A stretch of 40,745 nucleotides of DNA from an uncultured Rudaea sp. (GTDB taxonomy: Bacteria > Pseudomonadota > Gammaproteobacteria > Xanthomonadales > Rhodanobacteraceae), in contig CAZZYA010000003.1 of the NCBI GenBank assembly GCA_964658115.1, forward strand, positions 1 to 40,745, given 5' to 3'. Position numbers and translations under genes: made by a program. Positions 1 to 9,287 of the stretch are shown piece by piece. Numbering within the stretch: position 1 is the stretch's first letter; each line of letters opens with the position of its first letter. The notes beneath the pieces are model-generated. The model was not told the origin of the DNA and did not search any database. It saw nothing but the letters and a program-made list of their open reading frames with translations.

Positions 1-746
1 TCGATCTGCTCAAGACCGCGCAGTCCGCCGCGCCGCTCGCGCCGAGCGCACAGCGTTTGCTCGCCGAAGCCGCGCTGCTGTGCGGCGATCACGCGATCGC
101 GATCGATGCGCTCACCGCGCTCGGTCGCAACGGACAATTTGCCGAAGCAACGTATGCGTCGTTGCAAACGCGCGTCGTCACCGCCGCGCTTCTTGCTGCG
201 CCTGACAGCATTCGGCTGAATACATTGTGGACCGGCCTCACGCGCGCGCAGCGAAACATGCCGGAGGCGATCGAAGCCTATGCGCGCCGCGCCGCCGCGC
301 TGGGCGTGATGTTGCCCGCGCTCGACGAAATCGAAAGCGCGCTGCGCAAGTCGTGGTCAGAACCATTGGTGCGTGCGTACGGCGAACTCGGCGAAGCCGA
401 TGCCGATACGCGTCTGCGTCGCGCCGAAGGCTGGCTCGATGGACATCCGAATAGCCCGGCATTGCTGCTCACGCTCGGACGTTTGTGCATTCAAGCGCAT
501 ATCTGGGGCAAAGCGCGCGACTATCTCGAACGCGGATTGTCGATCGAACCATCGGCCGAGTTGTGGGAAGCGCTCGGCGAATGTTTTCTCGGACAGGGCG
601 ACGAAGCGGAAGCCGCGCGCTGCCTGCGAAACGCGCTGCGTATCGCGCGTGGTGAAGCGGTCGAAACACTTTCACGCAGCGCACTCGACACACGCGCCAG
701 CGCCGTCGAACATCGCACTGAACACGGCGTGCCTCGACTGGCTTAG
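1..746 (+). CDS. hemY: HemY-like TPR protein, C-terminal part (5' truncated by window edge)
   Basis: Frame open from the window start. Helical TPR-like repeats and the HemY C-terminal pattern AEGWL..HP....LLLTLGRLC....WGKA..YLE..L; TAG at 744-746. Confidence 0.75.
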   Translation, partial: DLLKTAQSAAPLAPSAQRLLAEAALLCGDHAIAIDALTALGRNGQFAEATYASLQTRVVTAALLAAPDSIRLNTLWTGLTRAQRNMPEAIEAYARRAAALGVMLPALDEIESALRKSWSEPLVRAYGELGEADADTRLRRAEGWLDGHPNSPALLLTLGRLCIQAHIWGKARDYLERGLSIEPSAELWEALGECFLGQGDEAEAARCLRNALRIARGEAVETLSRSALDTRASAVEHRTEHGVPRLA

Positions 747-1792
747 TGTTCCTGCAACCCCGCGCGCCCGCGCAGGATTTGCGCGAGAACATCCGGTGCG
801 TAATCGAAGGAGTCGTAATACAGCCGTTCTTCGGGCAAACCCGCTTGCACGAAACTGCGCCGTCCCGCATCGATCAGCGCCGGCGGTCCACCCATGTAGA
901 CGTCGACATCCGACAAATCCGGATGATCCTCCAGCACCGCTTCGTGCACGAAACCTCGGCGCAGTGGTCCTGCCAGTTCGTCATCGGAAATGACGGCGTG
1001 GAAAATCAGCGGCGCTTGCCGCGTCCAGTGTTCGGGCAGCGAACGCATGTACAAATCGGCTGGTGCGCGTGCGCCCCAGTACAAAATCATCGGCCGTCGC
1101 GTGCCGAGATGCACGAAGTGTTCGATGATCGCCTTGATCGGCGCGAATCCCGTGCCGCCGGCGACGAGGATCATCGGACGTTCGGAATCCTCGCGCGGCA
1201 CGAACGTTCCGAGCGGTCCCTCGACGCGCAAAATTGCGCCGACGGATAAATCGGTGAATACGTGATGCGTGAAGTCGCCGCCGGCGACGTGGCGAACATG
1301 CAGTTCAATGTCCGATCCGAGATGCGGCGCGTTCGCGATCGAGAAGGCGCGCCGCCGACCTTCGGGCAGAAGAATGTCGAGGTATTGCCCGGCCAACCTG
1401 TTCAATCGCTGATCGCTCGGCGGACGCAGGATCATTTGCATCACGTCCGGCGCGAGCTGGTTTTTCTCGACCAGTTTCATCGCCAGCGTGCGCCGCGGCA
1501 TGTCCGCGACGGAAGCGACCTCACGCGCCGCGATGACGACGTCCGACAACGGAGACGCCTGACACAGCAAAACTTGATGCCGCGCCACTTCGGCCGCGTT
1601 CAGCGCGCTCGGCGGATTACGCGGATAGTGGCATTCGCCGGAAATGAGCGTCGCTTTGCAACTGCCGCACACGCCCGACAGGCAGCTATACGGCAGCGCC
1701 AGTCCGGCGCGGCGCGCGGCGTCGAGAATACTTTCGCCGGATTCGACATCGAAGCGGCGACCATTCGTTTGCAAGGTCACGGTGTACGGCAC
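743..1792 (-). CDS. 2Fe-2S ferredoxin / FAD / NAD(P)H oxidoreductase (CDP-6-deoxy-delta-3,4-glucoseen reductase-like)
   Basis: Likely GTG start (VPYTVTLQ). Plant-type 2Fe-2S motif CLSGVCGSC...LLC, flavin motif RAFSIAN, NAD motif GGTGFAP. The upstream part of the ORF-track call overlaps the thioesterase on the other strand. Confidence 0.85.
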   Translation of the reverse strand: MPYTVTLQTNGRRFDVESGESILDAARRAGLALPYSCLSGVCGSCKATLISGECHYPRNPPSALNAAEVARHQVLLCQASPLSDVVIAAREVASVADMPRRTLAMKLVEKNQLAPDVMQMILRPPSDQRLNRLAGQYLDILLPEGRRRAFSIANAPHLGSDIELHVRHVAGGDFTHHVFTDLSVGAILRVEGPLGTFVPREDSERPMILVAGGTGFAPIKAIIEHFVHLGTRRPMILYWGARAPADLYMRSLPEHWTRQAPLIFHAVISDDELAGPLRRGFVHEAVLEDHPDLSDVDVYMGGPPALIDAGRRSFVQAGLPEERLYYDSFDYAPDVLAQILRGRAGLQEH

Positions 1793-1873
1793 GATGCCGG
1801 CATTGTCGCCGATGCGGCCCCGATGAAATAGTCGTGTTGCTATAGTCGTCCGCCGACCTGACGAGACCGCACG

Positions 1874-2302
1874 ATGGCCATCTGGAAGCAGACCGGATCG
1901 CTCGATCAAATCAACGCATCGAGCCGCGACACGATGGTATCGACGCTCGACATCCGCGTGATCGAAGTCGGCGATGATTTTTTGCGCGGCACGATGCCCG
2001 TCGACGCGCGCACGCGGCAACCGTTCGGTTTGCTGCACGGCGGCGCGTCGGTGGCGCTGGCTGAAACGCTCGGCAGTCTCGCCGGAAATCTGTGTCTCGA
2101 TCCGGCGAAGGAAGTCGCGGTCGGACTGGACATCAACGCCAACCACATTCGCGCCGTGACGAGCGGCCTCGTGACCGGCACAGCGCGTCCGCTGCACATC
2201 GGGCGCAGCACGCAGGTGTGGGAAATTCGCATCGAGGATGCGCAACAGCGGCTCGTGTGTATTTCGCGGCTGACGCTCGCCGTGGTGCCGAAATCCGGAT
2301 GA
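1874..2302 (+). CDS. Hotdog-fold acyl-CoA thioesterase (PaaI/MenI-YdiI family)
   Basis: QPFGLLHGGAS..LAETLGS and INANH signatures; 142 aa. Confidence 0.9.
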   Translation: MAIWKQTGSLDQINASSRDTMVSTLDIRVIEVGDDFLRGTMPVDARTRQPFGLLHGGASVALAETLGSLAGNLCLDPAKEVAVGLDINANHIRAVTSGLVTGTARPLHIGRSTQVWEIRIEDAQQRLVCISRLTLAVVPKSG

Positions 2303-3255
2303 GCAACGCGGCGCCGTATGCGAGCTTGAGTCCTGATGCGGTGATCGACGCGGTCGAATCGACCGGCATTCTCACCGACGGACGTCTGCTGGCGCTGAAC
2401 AGTTTCGAGAATCGTGTTTATCAAGTAGGCGTCGAAGATGCCTCGCCAATCGTCGCGAAATTCTATCGCGGTGGACGCTGGAGCGATGCGGCGATTCTCG
2501 AGGAACATGCGTTCGCCGACGAACTGGCGGCGGCGGAATTGCACGTGGTCGCTCCAATAAAAGTGGATAATTCCACATTGCAGCATCACGACGGTTTTCG
2601 TTTCGCGCTGTATCCGCGACAGGGCGGACGCGCGCCGGAGCTGGAATCGTCGGACAACCTCGCGTGGCTCGGTCGGCTGCTGGCGCGCATCCACGGGGTC
2701 GGCTCGCGCGACCGGTTTCACGCGCGTGGCGCGATCGATCGCGCCACGTTCATCGAAACGCCGGCGAAAATCGTACTCGCATCTTCGATGCTGCCCGATA
2801 CCGTGCGCGATCGTTACTCACGAGTGATCGCACAACTCGATGGGTTGATCGCACAGATCTGGGCGACGGTGGATCCGCTGCCGACCTTGCGTCTGCACGG
2901 CGATTGCCATGCCGGGAATGTGTTGTGGACCGACAGCGGACCGCATTTCGTCGATCTCGACGACGCGCGCATGGGCCCGGCCGTGCAGGATTTGTGGATG
3001 CTCGCTACCAATCCGCGTGCGATGGATGCGCTGCTCGAAGGTTATGAGGAATTCCGCGATTTCGACCGCCGTTCGCTGACGCTGGTCGAACCGCTGCGCG
3101 TGATGCGGCAAATCCATTACGCCGGATGGATCGCGCAGCGCTGGGACGATCCGGCGTTCCCGCGCGCATTCCCTTTCGCGAGCGAACCGCGCTGGTGGGA
3201 GCAGCATGTGCACGATCTGCAGGAAGCGGTTTCAATGTTCGAACAATCCGCGTAG
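2299..3255 (+). CDS. srkA: Stress-response Ser/Thr protein kinase SrkA (RdoA/YihE)
   Basis: ATG overlaps the upstream TGA (ATGA). Motifs LNSFENRVY, KFYR..RWS...ILEEH, HGDCHAGN, FVDLDD, RWDDPAFP. Confidence 0.9.
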   Translation: MSNAAPYASLSPDAVIDAVESTGILTDGRLLALNSFENRVYQVGVEDASPIVAKFYRGGRWSDAAILEEHAFADELAAAELHVVAPIKVDNSTLQHHDGFRFALYPRQGGRAPELESSDNLAWLGRLLARIHGVGSRDRFHARGAIDRATFIETPAKIVLASSMLPDTVRDRYSRVIAQLDGLIAQIWATVDPLPTLRLHGDCHAGNVLWTDSGPHFVDLDDARMGPAVQDLWMLATNPRAMDALLEGYEEFRDFDRRSLTLVEPLRVMRQIHYAGWIAQRWDDPAFPRAFPFASEPRWWEQHVHDLQEAVSMFEQSA

Positions 3256-3269
3256 CTACAGCGGCTGCG

Positions 3270-3298
3270 TTGCGGCGGCCGGCGGCGCTGGCTACCAT
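3270..3298 (+). promoter_or_regulatory. Putative sigma70 promoter for a leaderless acyltransferase mRNA
   Basis: TTGCGG (3270-3275), 17 bp, TACCAT (3293-3298), 6 nt, ATG 3305; no Shine-Dalgarno. Confidence 0.5.
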
Positions 3299-3304
3299 CG
3301 TGCG

Positions 3305-4108
3305 ATGAACGAACGTGCCGAATCCGCTACCGCCGCGCGCCACGATCCGATGCGTCCGTTGCGCTACGTGTGGCGCGCGCCGCTGCTGTTGCTGCTGGCG
3401 ATCATCGCGTTCCCGCTCGCGCTGTTCGTGTTCTCGCCGCCCGCGCGCGGAATGACCGTCAAGGGCGAACCGCTCGCGCATTGGATGCAGCGTTGGTGGT
3501 CGGGACGGCTCGTGCGTTGTTTCGGTTTTCGCGCGCGCCGCGTCGGCGAACCGTTGCCCGGCGCGGTGATGTTCGTCGCCAATCACGTGTCGTGGCTCGA
3601 TATCGAATTGATGCACAGCCAGCGCGTGATGGCGTTCGTCGCGAAAGAGGAAATCTCGCGCTGGCCGCTGGTCGGCTGGCTGGCGACACGCGCCGGCACG
3701 ATCTATCACCGGCGCGGCAGTACGCATTCGCTCGGCGCCGTGCAGGAGCAGATGGTCGATCGACTGCGCAACGGAATGGCGGTCGGAATTTTTCCAGAAG
3801 GCGGTACGGGTCCGGGCGATCGCGTGCGCACCTTTCACGCGCGAATTTTTCAGGCGGCGGTCGAAACCCATGTGCCGGTGCAGCCGGTCGGTCTTTGCTA
3901 CGGACACGGCAATACGATGGACTTGAGCGTGCCGTTCGCGCCAAAGGAAAATTTCGTGTCGAATTTCCTGCGCCTGCTCGGCGGGCCGCCGCTGGAGGCG
4001 ACGGTGTATTTTCTCGAACCGGTGCCGCTCAGCGAAGAAGGGCGCCGCCACACCGCCGAAGCCGCGCGCCAGCGCATCGCCGGCGCGCTGCAATTGCCCG
4101 CCGAATGA
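3305..4108 (+). CDS. Lysophospholipid acyltransferase (PlsC/OlsA family)
   Basis: N-terminal hydrophobic helix, catalytic NHVSWLD (HxxxxD), FVAKEEI, FPEG motif. Confidence 0.88.
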   Translation: MNERAESATAARHDPMRPLRYVWRAPLLLLLAIIAFPLALFVFSPPARGMTVKGEPLAHWMQRWWSGRLVRCFGFRARRVGEPLPGAVMFVANHVSWLDIELMHSQRVMAFVAKEEISRWPLVGWLATRAGTIYHRRGSTHSLGAVQEQMVDRLRNGMAVGIFPEGGTGPGDRVRTFHARIFQAAVETHVPVQPVGLCYGHGNTMDLSVPFAPKENFVSNFLRLLGGPPLEATVYFLEPVPLSEEGRRHTAEAARQRIAGALQLPAE

Positions 4109-5136
4109 CCGACGCGTTTAAACCGCGCGGTCTGCTGCGCAATCCGCACGTGCAGTCGATTCTCTCGTCGAGCGGCGTGCGCCGATTCGTGTTTCGCAAA
4201 CAGCGCGCGCACGTCGAGCGCGATGCGGAAGAACACATCCTCGATTGCGGTGACGGCGTGCGATTGCAGGGGTTTCTCACGCGACAACGCGTGACGCCGA
4301 CGCCGCGCGCGTTGGCCATTCTGCTGCACGGGTGGGAAGGGAGCGCACAATCGAGTTACGTGCTCAACACCGCGAGCCGTCTGCTCGACGACGGTTGCGA
4401 CGTATTCCGTCTCAATTTTCGAGATCACGGCGCGACGCATCATTTGAATCGCGATCTGTTTCATTCCTGCCGCATCGACGAAGTGGTCGGCGCGATAGGT
4501 CAGATCGTGCAGCGTTTTCCGACGCGGCCCGTCGTGATTGGCGGATTTTCGCTTGGCGGCAATTTCGCATTGCGTGTCGCGCTTCGCGCGCCGACAGCCG
4601 GTATTCCGCTGGCGTGGGCGTTCGCGATTTGTCCGGTGATCAGTCCGCGCGCCGGGCTCGCGTCGATCGAGGATGCGCCGTGGTTCTACGAATATTATTT
4701 CATGGTGAAGTGGCGCGATTCGCTGCGGCGCAAACAGCTTCTGCACCCGCAGTCGGAGTTGTTCACGCCGCAGCAGCTGCGCGGCAGCATGCGTGAACTC
4801 ACACGCGACATGGTGTTGCGCCACACCGATTTCAGGACGCTGGAAAATTATCTGGACGGCTATTCGATCGCGAACGAAACGTTGGCGAAGCTAAACGTGC
4901 CCGCAACCATTCTTACAGCCGAAGACGATCCCGTCATCCCCGTGGCCGAATTTCGCGAGATCAAACTGGCGCCGGAAACGGAACTCGTGATCACTCCGCA
5001 CGGCGGCCATTGCGCCTTCATCCTCGACTGGAGCCTGCGAAGCTGGACCGACGAATTCATCGTCGGCGGCTTGCACCGCGCGCTGGACGTGCATTCGGCG
5101 CGCGAACAAGGCGGAAGAACCGCGTCTGCGGCATAA
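4105..5136 (+). CDS. Alpha/beta-hydrolase (YheT-like esterase)
   Basis: ATGA overlap with the upstream gene. Motifs NPHVQS, LHGWEG, GFSLGG nucleophile elbow, DDP, GGH. Confidence 0.85.
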   Translation: MTDAFKPRGLLRNPHVQSILSSSGVRRFVFRKQRAHVERDAEEHILDCGDGVRLQGFLTRQRVTPTPRALAILLHGWEGSAQSSYVLNTASRLLDDGCDVFRLNFRDHGATHHLNRDLFHSCRIDEVVGAIGQIVQRFPTRPVVIGGFSLGGNFALRVALRAPTAGIPLAWAFAICPVISPRAGLASIEDAPWFYEYYFMVKWRDSLRRKQLLHPQSELFTPQQLRGSMRELTRDMVLRHTDFRTLENYLDGYSIANETLAKLNVPATILTAEDDPVIPVAEFREIKLAPETELVITPHGGHCAFILDWSLRSWTDEFIVGGLHRALDVHSAREQGGRTASAA

Positions 5137-5147
5137 TCCGCGACCTT

Positions 5148-6137
5148 ATGTCGCTCGAAACCGCTCTGGAAATGCATCGCAACGGCCAGCTTGAATCGGC
5201 CGAAACGGCGTATCGTGAAATCCTCGCCAGTGAGAATGATGCAGACGTCGCGTATCTGCTCGGCGTGTTGCGTCACCAGCGCGGCGACGACAATGAGGCC
5301 GAAGCACTGTTCCGCCGCGCGATTACTCGCGATGGCGAATCGGCGCGCTATCACCTCGCGCTCGGCGGCGTGCAGATGCAACGGGGCGAGGAATCCGCCG
5401 CGCTCGCGAGCTTCGAGCGCGCGCTCGAACTCGATCCGAACAGCGTCGAAGCGCACGGCGTACTCGGACACTTGACGCTGCTTGGGGGCGACGCGGCCAG
5501 CGCCGAGAGTCGCTTCCGCATCGGACGTCGCGCTGAAGAAGACGATCCGATGATTCTGCTCGGCCTCGGCAATGTTTACCTCGAACGCGGCGATCCGACC
5601 AACGCGGCGAAATTCCTCGCTCGCGCTGCGGAGAAACGGCCGGATGACCCGGCGATCCAGCAAAGTCTCGGCCGCGCGCTGTTCGATCAGGGCGCGTACA
5701 ACATTGCCGAACAGGCTTTCGAGAACGCGTTGAAAGTGCGTCCGGATTTGAGCTTGTCGAAACTGTTTCTCGCGCGTACGAAGATGCGTCAGGACAAACT
5801 CGAGCAAGCGCAGATTGCGTTCTCGGCATTGCTCGCGAGCGGACAACAGCCGTTCGGCGCCAACGCGGGGCTCGGCGACATCGCGCGTCGGCGCAATCAG
5901 ATCGTGAAGGCGTTCAAGTATTACCGGCGCGCGTTGCAGCTCGATCCGACGCATTCCGGCGCGATCATCGCGTGCGCGTGGTGCCTGGACGCTTGCGGCG
6001 ATGCTGCCGGCGCAGAACGCTATCTGGCGGAAGGTCTCAAGCACACGTCCGACGCGCAGCCCGTGCGCACCGAATTCGCGAAACTGCTCGACGCCCAGGG
6101 CCGCACGGAAGAAGCCGCGCGGATGCGCATGACATGA
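5148..6137 (+). CDS. Tetratricopeptide-repeat protein
   Basis: Repeated TPR patterns (YLLGVL..QRG, ASFERALELDP, AFENALKVRPD, YYRRALQLDP); no signal peptide. Confidence 0.85.
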   Translation: MSLETALEMHRNGQLESAETAYREILASENDADVAYLLGVLRHQRGDDNEAEALFRRAITRDGESARYHLALGGVQMQRGEESAALASFERALELDPNSVEAHGVLGHLTLLGGDAASAESRFRIGRRAEEDDPMILLGLGNVYLERGDPTNAAKFLARAAEKRPDDPAIQQSLGRALFDQGAYNIAEQAFENALKVRPDLSLSKLFLARTKMRQDKLEQAQIAFSALLASGQQPFGANAGLGDIARRRNQIVKAFKYYRRALQLDPTHSGAIIACAWCLDACGDAAGAERYLAEGLKHTSDAQPVRTEFAKLLDAQGRTEEAARMRMT

Positions 6138-7243
6138 ACGCACAGACCTATTTCGATATCGACGCCGAACTGCAAGCCGCCGACCAACTGATGGGTCAGG
6201 ATCGTGCTGGCGAAGCGTCGACGATTTACGAACGCATTCTCGATCACAAACCGATTTTTTTTCTTGCCCGGTTGTACTACGGCCGCGCGCTCGAGGTTCT
6301 CCAGCGTCCGCGCGAGGCGGCGGTGCATTACTACCGCGCCATCAACGACGCGCAAAAAAAGGGTCGCTGGCTGAGTCCGGAAACCACCGCGCCGGCGTTG
6401 CACGAACTCGTCGTGTACGCGATGAAATTCGTCGACACGGAACGCCGCCGTCTTTTCGAGGATGCGCTCGCACCGGTGCGCGAACACGCATCGGCGAGCG
6501 AATTCGCGCGCATCGACGAATGCCTCGCGATCTACCTTCTCGAGAAAAACGCCGACTATCCCGATCCGCGACAGCGTCCGAAATTTCTTTACGTGCCGCG
6601 CTTGCCGACAACGGCGTATTTCGCGCGGGCGCTGTTTCCGTGGTACGCGGATCTCGAGCGCGAAACCGCGACGATTCGCGACGAGCTACTGAGCCTGCTG
6701 GGCGAGAGTCACAACTTCGAACCGTTTCTCGCGTTCGAATCGCCCGGGCAAGTGCCGCATTATCTCGGCGGCGAAAAGCCGAACTGGAATGCGTTTTTCT
6801 TCTATCGCCACGGCCGCCGTTACGACGAAAATTGCGCGCGTTGTCCGGCAACGACCGCAATCCTCGAACGACTGCCGCTGGTTCGCATCCCCGAGCACGC
6901 GCCGGAAATCTGTTTCTCGGTGCTGACGCCGGGCACACACATCCTGCCGCATCACGGATCGACGAATGCGCGCCTGGTGACACATCTGCCGCTGATCGTG
7001 CCGAACGATTGCGAAATTCGCGTCGGCGGCGAGCCGCATGTGTGGGAAGAAGGCCGCTGCATCACCTTCGACGACACGTTCGAACACGAAGCGTGGAATC
7101 GCAGCGACAAGACGCGCGCGGTGCTGATCGTCGATGGCTGGAATCCGCATCTCACCGCGATCGAACGGGAAGCGTTGACGATTCTCATCGGGTCGATCCG
7201 GGCGTTTAACCGTGAGGCCGGAATCGCCGTCGACGATCACTGA
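6134..7243 (+). CDS. Aspartyl/asparaginyl beta-hydroxylase family 2OG-Fe(II) dioxygenase with N-terminal TPR-like helices
   Basis: ATGA overlap with the TPR gene. FSVLTPGTHILPHHG..N, HLPL, WEEG...FDDTFEHEAWN and R.VLIVD match the AspH/LpxO oxygenase domain. Confidence 0.88.
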   Translation: MNAQTYFDIDAELQAADQLMGQDRAGEASTIYERILDHKPIFFLARLYYGRALEVLQRPREAAVHYYRAINDAQKKGRWLSPETTAPALHELVVYAMKFVDTERRRLFEDALAPVREHASASEFARIDECLAIYLLEKNADYPDPRQRPKFLYVPRLPTTAYFARALFPWYADLERETATIRDELLSLLGESHNFEPFLAFESPGQVPHYLGGEKPNWNAFFFYRHGRRYDENCARCPATTAILERLPLVRIPEHAPEICFSVLTPGTHILPHHGSTNARLVTHLPLIVPNDCEIRVGGEPHVWEEGRCITFDDTFEHEAWNRSDKTRAVLIVDGWNPHLTAIEREALTILIGSIRAFNREAGIAVDDH

Positions 7244-7260
7244 TTCGCTCGTTCGGTGCA
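7244..7260. promoter_or_regulatory. Possible weaker second NtrC site upstream of glnA
   Basis: TTCGCTCGTTCGGTGCA: only the right half-site (GGTGCA) is good. Centred 31 bp from the stronger site. Confidence 0.35.
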
Positions 7261-7274
7261 AGCAGTCGAAAAAT

Positions 7275-7291
7275 AGCACCAATAGTGTGCT
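7275..7291. promoter_or_regulatory. NtrC enhancer site upstream of glnA
   Basis: AGCACCAATAGTGTGCT, a 17-bp dyad resembling TGCACCA-N3-TGGTGCA, upstream of a sigma54 promoter. Confidence 0.7.
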
Positions 7292-7342
7292 AACGTGAAT
7301 CGCGTTGATTACTAGGTATCGGATTTCATTGTATTTTCCGTC

Positions 7343-7357
7343 TGGCACCGGGCTTGC
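7343..7357 (+). promoter_or_regulatory. Sigma54 (-24/-12) promoter of glnA
   Basis: TGGCAC-CGGGC-TTGC is an exact match to TGGCAC-N5-TTGC. It ends 33 nt before the glnA ATG; GAGG RBS present. Confidence 0.88.
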
Positions 7358-7390
7358 TGTCACCGCAGCACTCTTACACGCGAGGTTGCC

Positions 7391-8797
7391 ATGTCCGATA
7401 AGGTTTTCGATCTGATCAAGAAGAACAACATCGAGTTCGTCGACTTTCGTTTCGCCGACATGCTCGGCAAGCAACATCACGTCACCTTTCCCGCGCACGC
7501 GGTCGATGCGTCGACTTTTGAAGACGGCAAGATGTTCGACGGTTCGTCGATCACCGGCTGGAAAGGCATCAACGATTCGGACATGGTGCTGATGCCCGAT
7601 TCCGCGACGGCTGTACTCGATCCCTTCACCGCGCACCCGACATTGATCCTGAGCTGCGACGTGCTCGAGCCGAGCACGATGCAGGCGTATTCGCGCTGCC
7701 CGCGTTCGATCGCCAAGCGTGCCGAGTCGTATCTGAAATCCACTGGCGTGGCCGACACCGCCTTCTTTGGTCCGGAACCCGAATTCTTCATCTTCGATTC
7801 CGTGCGCTGGCACAACGACATGCGCGGTGCCGGTTTCGAAATCGAATCCGAAGAAGCAGCGTGGAGTTCGGGCGGATCGTTCGAGGACCGCAACTCCGGA
7901 CACCGCCCGGGCGTGAAGGGCGGATACTTCCCCGTCGCGCCGGTCGATTCGTTCGGCGATCTGCGCGGCGAGATGTGCAAGATCCTCGAAGCGGTCGGCA
8001 TGACGGTCGAAGTGCATCATCACGAAGTGGCGACCGCCGGCCAGTGTGAAATCGGCACGCGGTTCAACACGCTCGTACACAAGGCCGACGAACTGCTCAC
8101 GATGAAGTACGTGATCAAGAACGTCGCACACGGCAGCGGCAAAACCGTGACGTTCATGCCGAAACCGATCGTTGGCGATAACGGATCCGGCATGCACGTG
8201 CATCAGTCGCTTGCGAAAGGCGGCACCAATCTGTTCGCGGGGGATCTGTACGGCGGTCTTTCGCAGACGGCGCTGTATTACATCGGCGGCATCTTCAAGC
8301 ATGCGCGCGCAATCAACGCGTTTACCAACTCGACGACAAACAGCTACAAGCGCTTGGTGCCGGGCTTCGAAGCGCCGGTGATGTTGGCGTATTCCGCGCG
8401 CAACCGTTCGGCGAGCTGCCGTATTCCGTTCGTGCATTCGCCGAAAGGACGCCGCATCGAAGTGCGCTTCCCCGATCCGATGAACTCAGGTTACCTCGCC
8501 TTCACCGCGCTGATGATGGCCGGCCTCGACGGCATCTTGAACAAGATCGATCCCGGCGCTCCGATGGACAAAGATCTGTACGATTTGCCGCCGGAAGAGG
8601 AAAAGAACATCCCGACCGTGTGTTCGAGCCTCGATCAGGCGCTCGAATCGCTCGACAAAGATCGTGGGTTCCTCAAGGCCGGCGGTGTATTCAGCGACGA
8701 CTTCATCGACGCGTACATCGAAATGAAAATGACCGAAGTCACGCGCTATCGCGCGGCGACGCATCCGGTCGAATTCCAGATGTACTACTCGTTCTGA
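7391..8797 (+). CDS. glnA: Glutamine synthetase type I
   Basis: [59 protein letters not shown], adenylylation site DLYDLP. Confidence 0.98.
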   Translation: MSDKVFDLIKKNNIEFVDFRFADMLGKQHHVTFPAHAVDASTFEDGKMFDGSSITGWKGINDSDMVLMPDSATAVLDPFTAHPTLILSCDVLEPSTMQAYSRCPRSIAKRAESYLKSTGVADTAFFGPEPEFFIFDSVRWHNDMRGAGFEIESEEAAWSSGGSFEDRNSGHRPGVKGGYFPVAPVDSFGDLRGEMCKILEAVGMTVEVHHHEVATAGQCEIGTRFNTLVHKADELLTMKYVIKNVAHGSGKTVTFMPKPIVGDNGSGMHVHQSLAKGGTNLFAGDLYGGLSQTALYYIGGIFKHARAINAFTNSTTNSYKRLVPGFEAPVMLAYSARNRSASCRIPFVHSPKGRRIEVRFPDPMNSGYLAFTALMMAGLDGILNKIDPGAPMDKDLYDLPPEEEKNIPTVCSSLDQALESLDKDRGFLKAGGVFSDDFIDAYIEMKMTEVTRYRAATHPVEFQMYYSF

Positions 8798-8839
8798 TCG
8801 AACGTTTGGGCGCTCGACCAATCGCTACCACCCAACCGC

Positions 8840-8865
8840 ATCGGTGCGGCGTATGCTGCACCGAT
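8840..8865. repeat. Intergenic 11-bp hairpin between glnA and the cupin gene
   Basis: ATCGGTGCGGC-GTAT-GCTGCACCGAT (one G-U pair), no U-tract, 5 nt upstream of a GGGAGG RBS. Confidence 0.55.
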
Positions 8866-8882
8866 TCCACGGGAGGCTCGTC

Positions 8883-9278
8883 ATGCGTGAAGTGAAATTG
8901 ATCGTTGCTGTGCTCGGTCTTGCATTCGCCTCGAACGCTTTTTGCGACGATGCGAAACCCGAAGTGAAACGCAATATTCTCGAACGCCACGATCAGTCCG
9001 GCGTCGATGGCAAGGAAATCATCACCGGCACCGCCGAATTTCCCAAGGGTGGCCTCATCGGCTTCCACACGCACGATGGCGACGAAGCCGGATACGTCCT
9101 GAAAGGCGAACTCATCCTGCACGTGAAAGGCCAGCCGGACAAAACGCTGAAAGCAGGCGACCATTTCTTCAATCCGCGCGGCTCTGTGCACAGTGTCGCC
9201 GCAAGCGGCGACGGCGGGTCCGTGTTTTCGACGTGGATCGTCGACAAGGGCAAACCGCTGGCTACACCGGCGCCGTAG
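8883..9278 (+). CDS. Secreted cupin-domain protein
   Basis: GGGAGG RBS; signal peptide MREVKLIVAVLGLAFASNAFC; cupin motifs HTHDGDE.GYVLKGE and LKAGD.F.NP.G.VH. Confidence 0.85.
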   Translation: MREVKLIVAVLGLAFASNAFCDDAKPEVKRNILERHDQSGVDGKEIITGTAEFPKGGLIGFHTHDGDEAGYVLKGELILHVKGQPDKTLKAGDHFFNPRGSVHSVAASGDGGSVFSTWIVDKGKPLATPAP

Positions 9279-9287
9279 AGCTGGACT

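Noticed and set aside
3370-4104. N-terminal extensions in the ORF track suggesting fusions (588-aa hydrolase, 500-aa reductase, 475-aa HD protein, 317-aa YceI)
   Set aside because: The extensions are Arg/Ala-rich off-frame read-through of neighbouring genes; the real starts have an RBS, a -10 box or an ATGA overlap.
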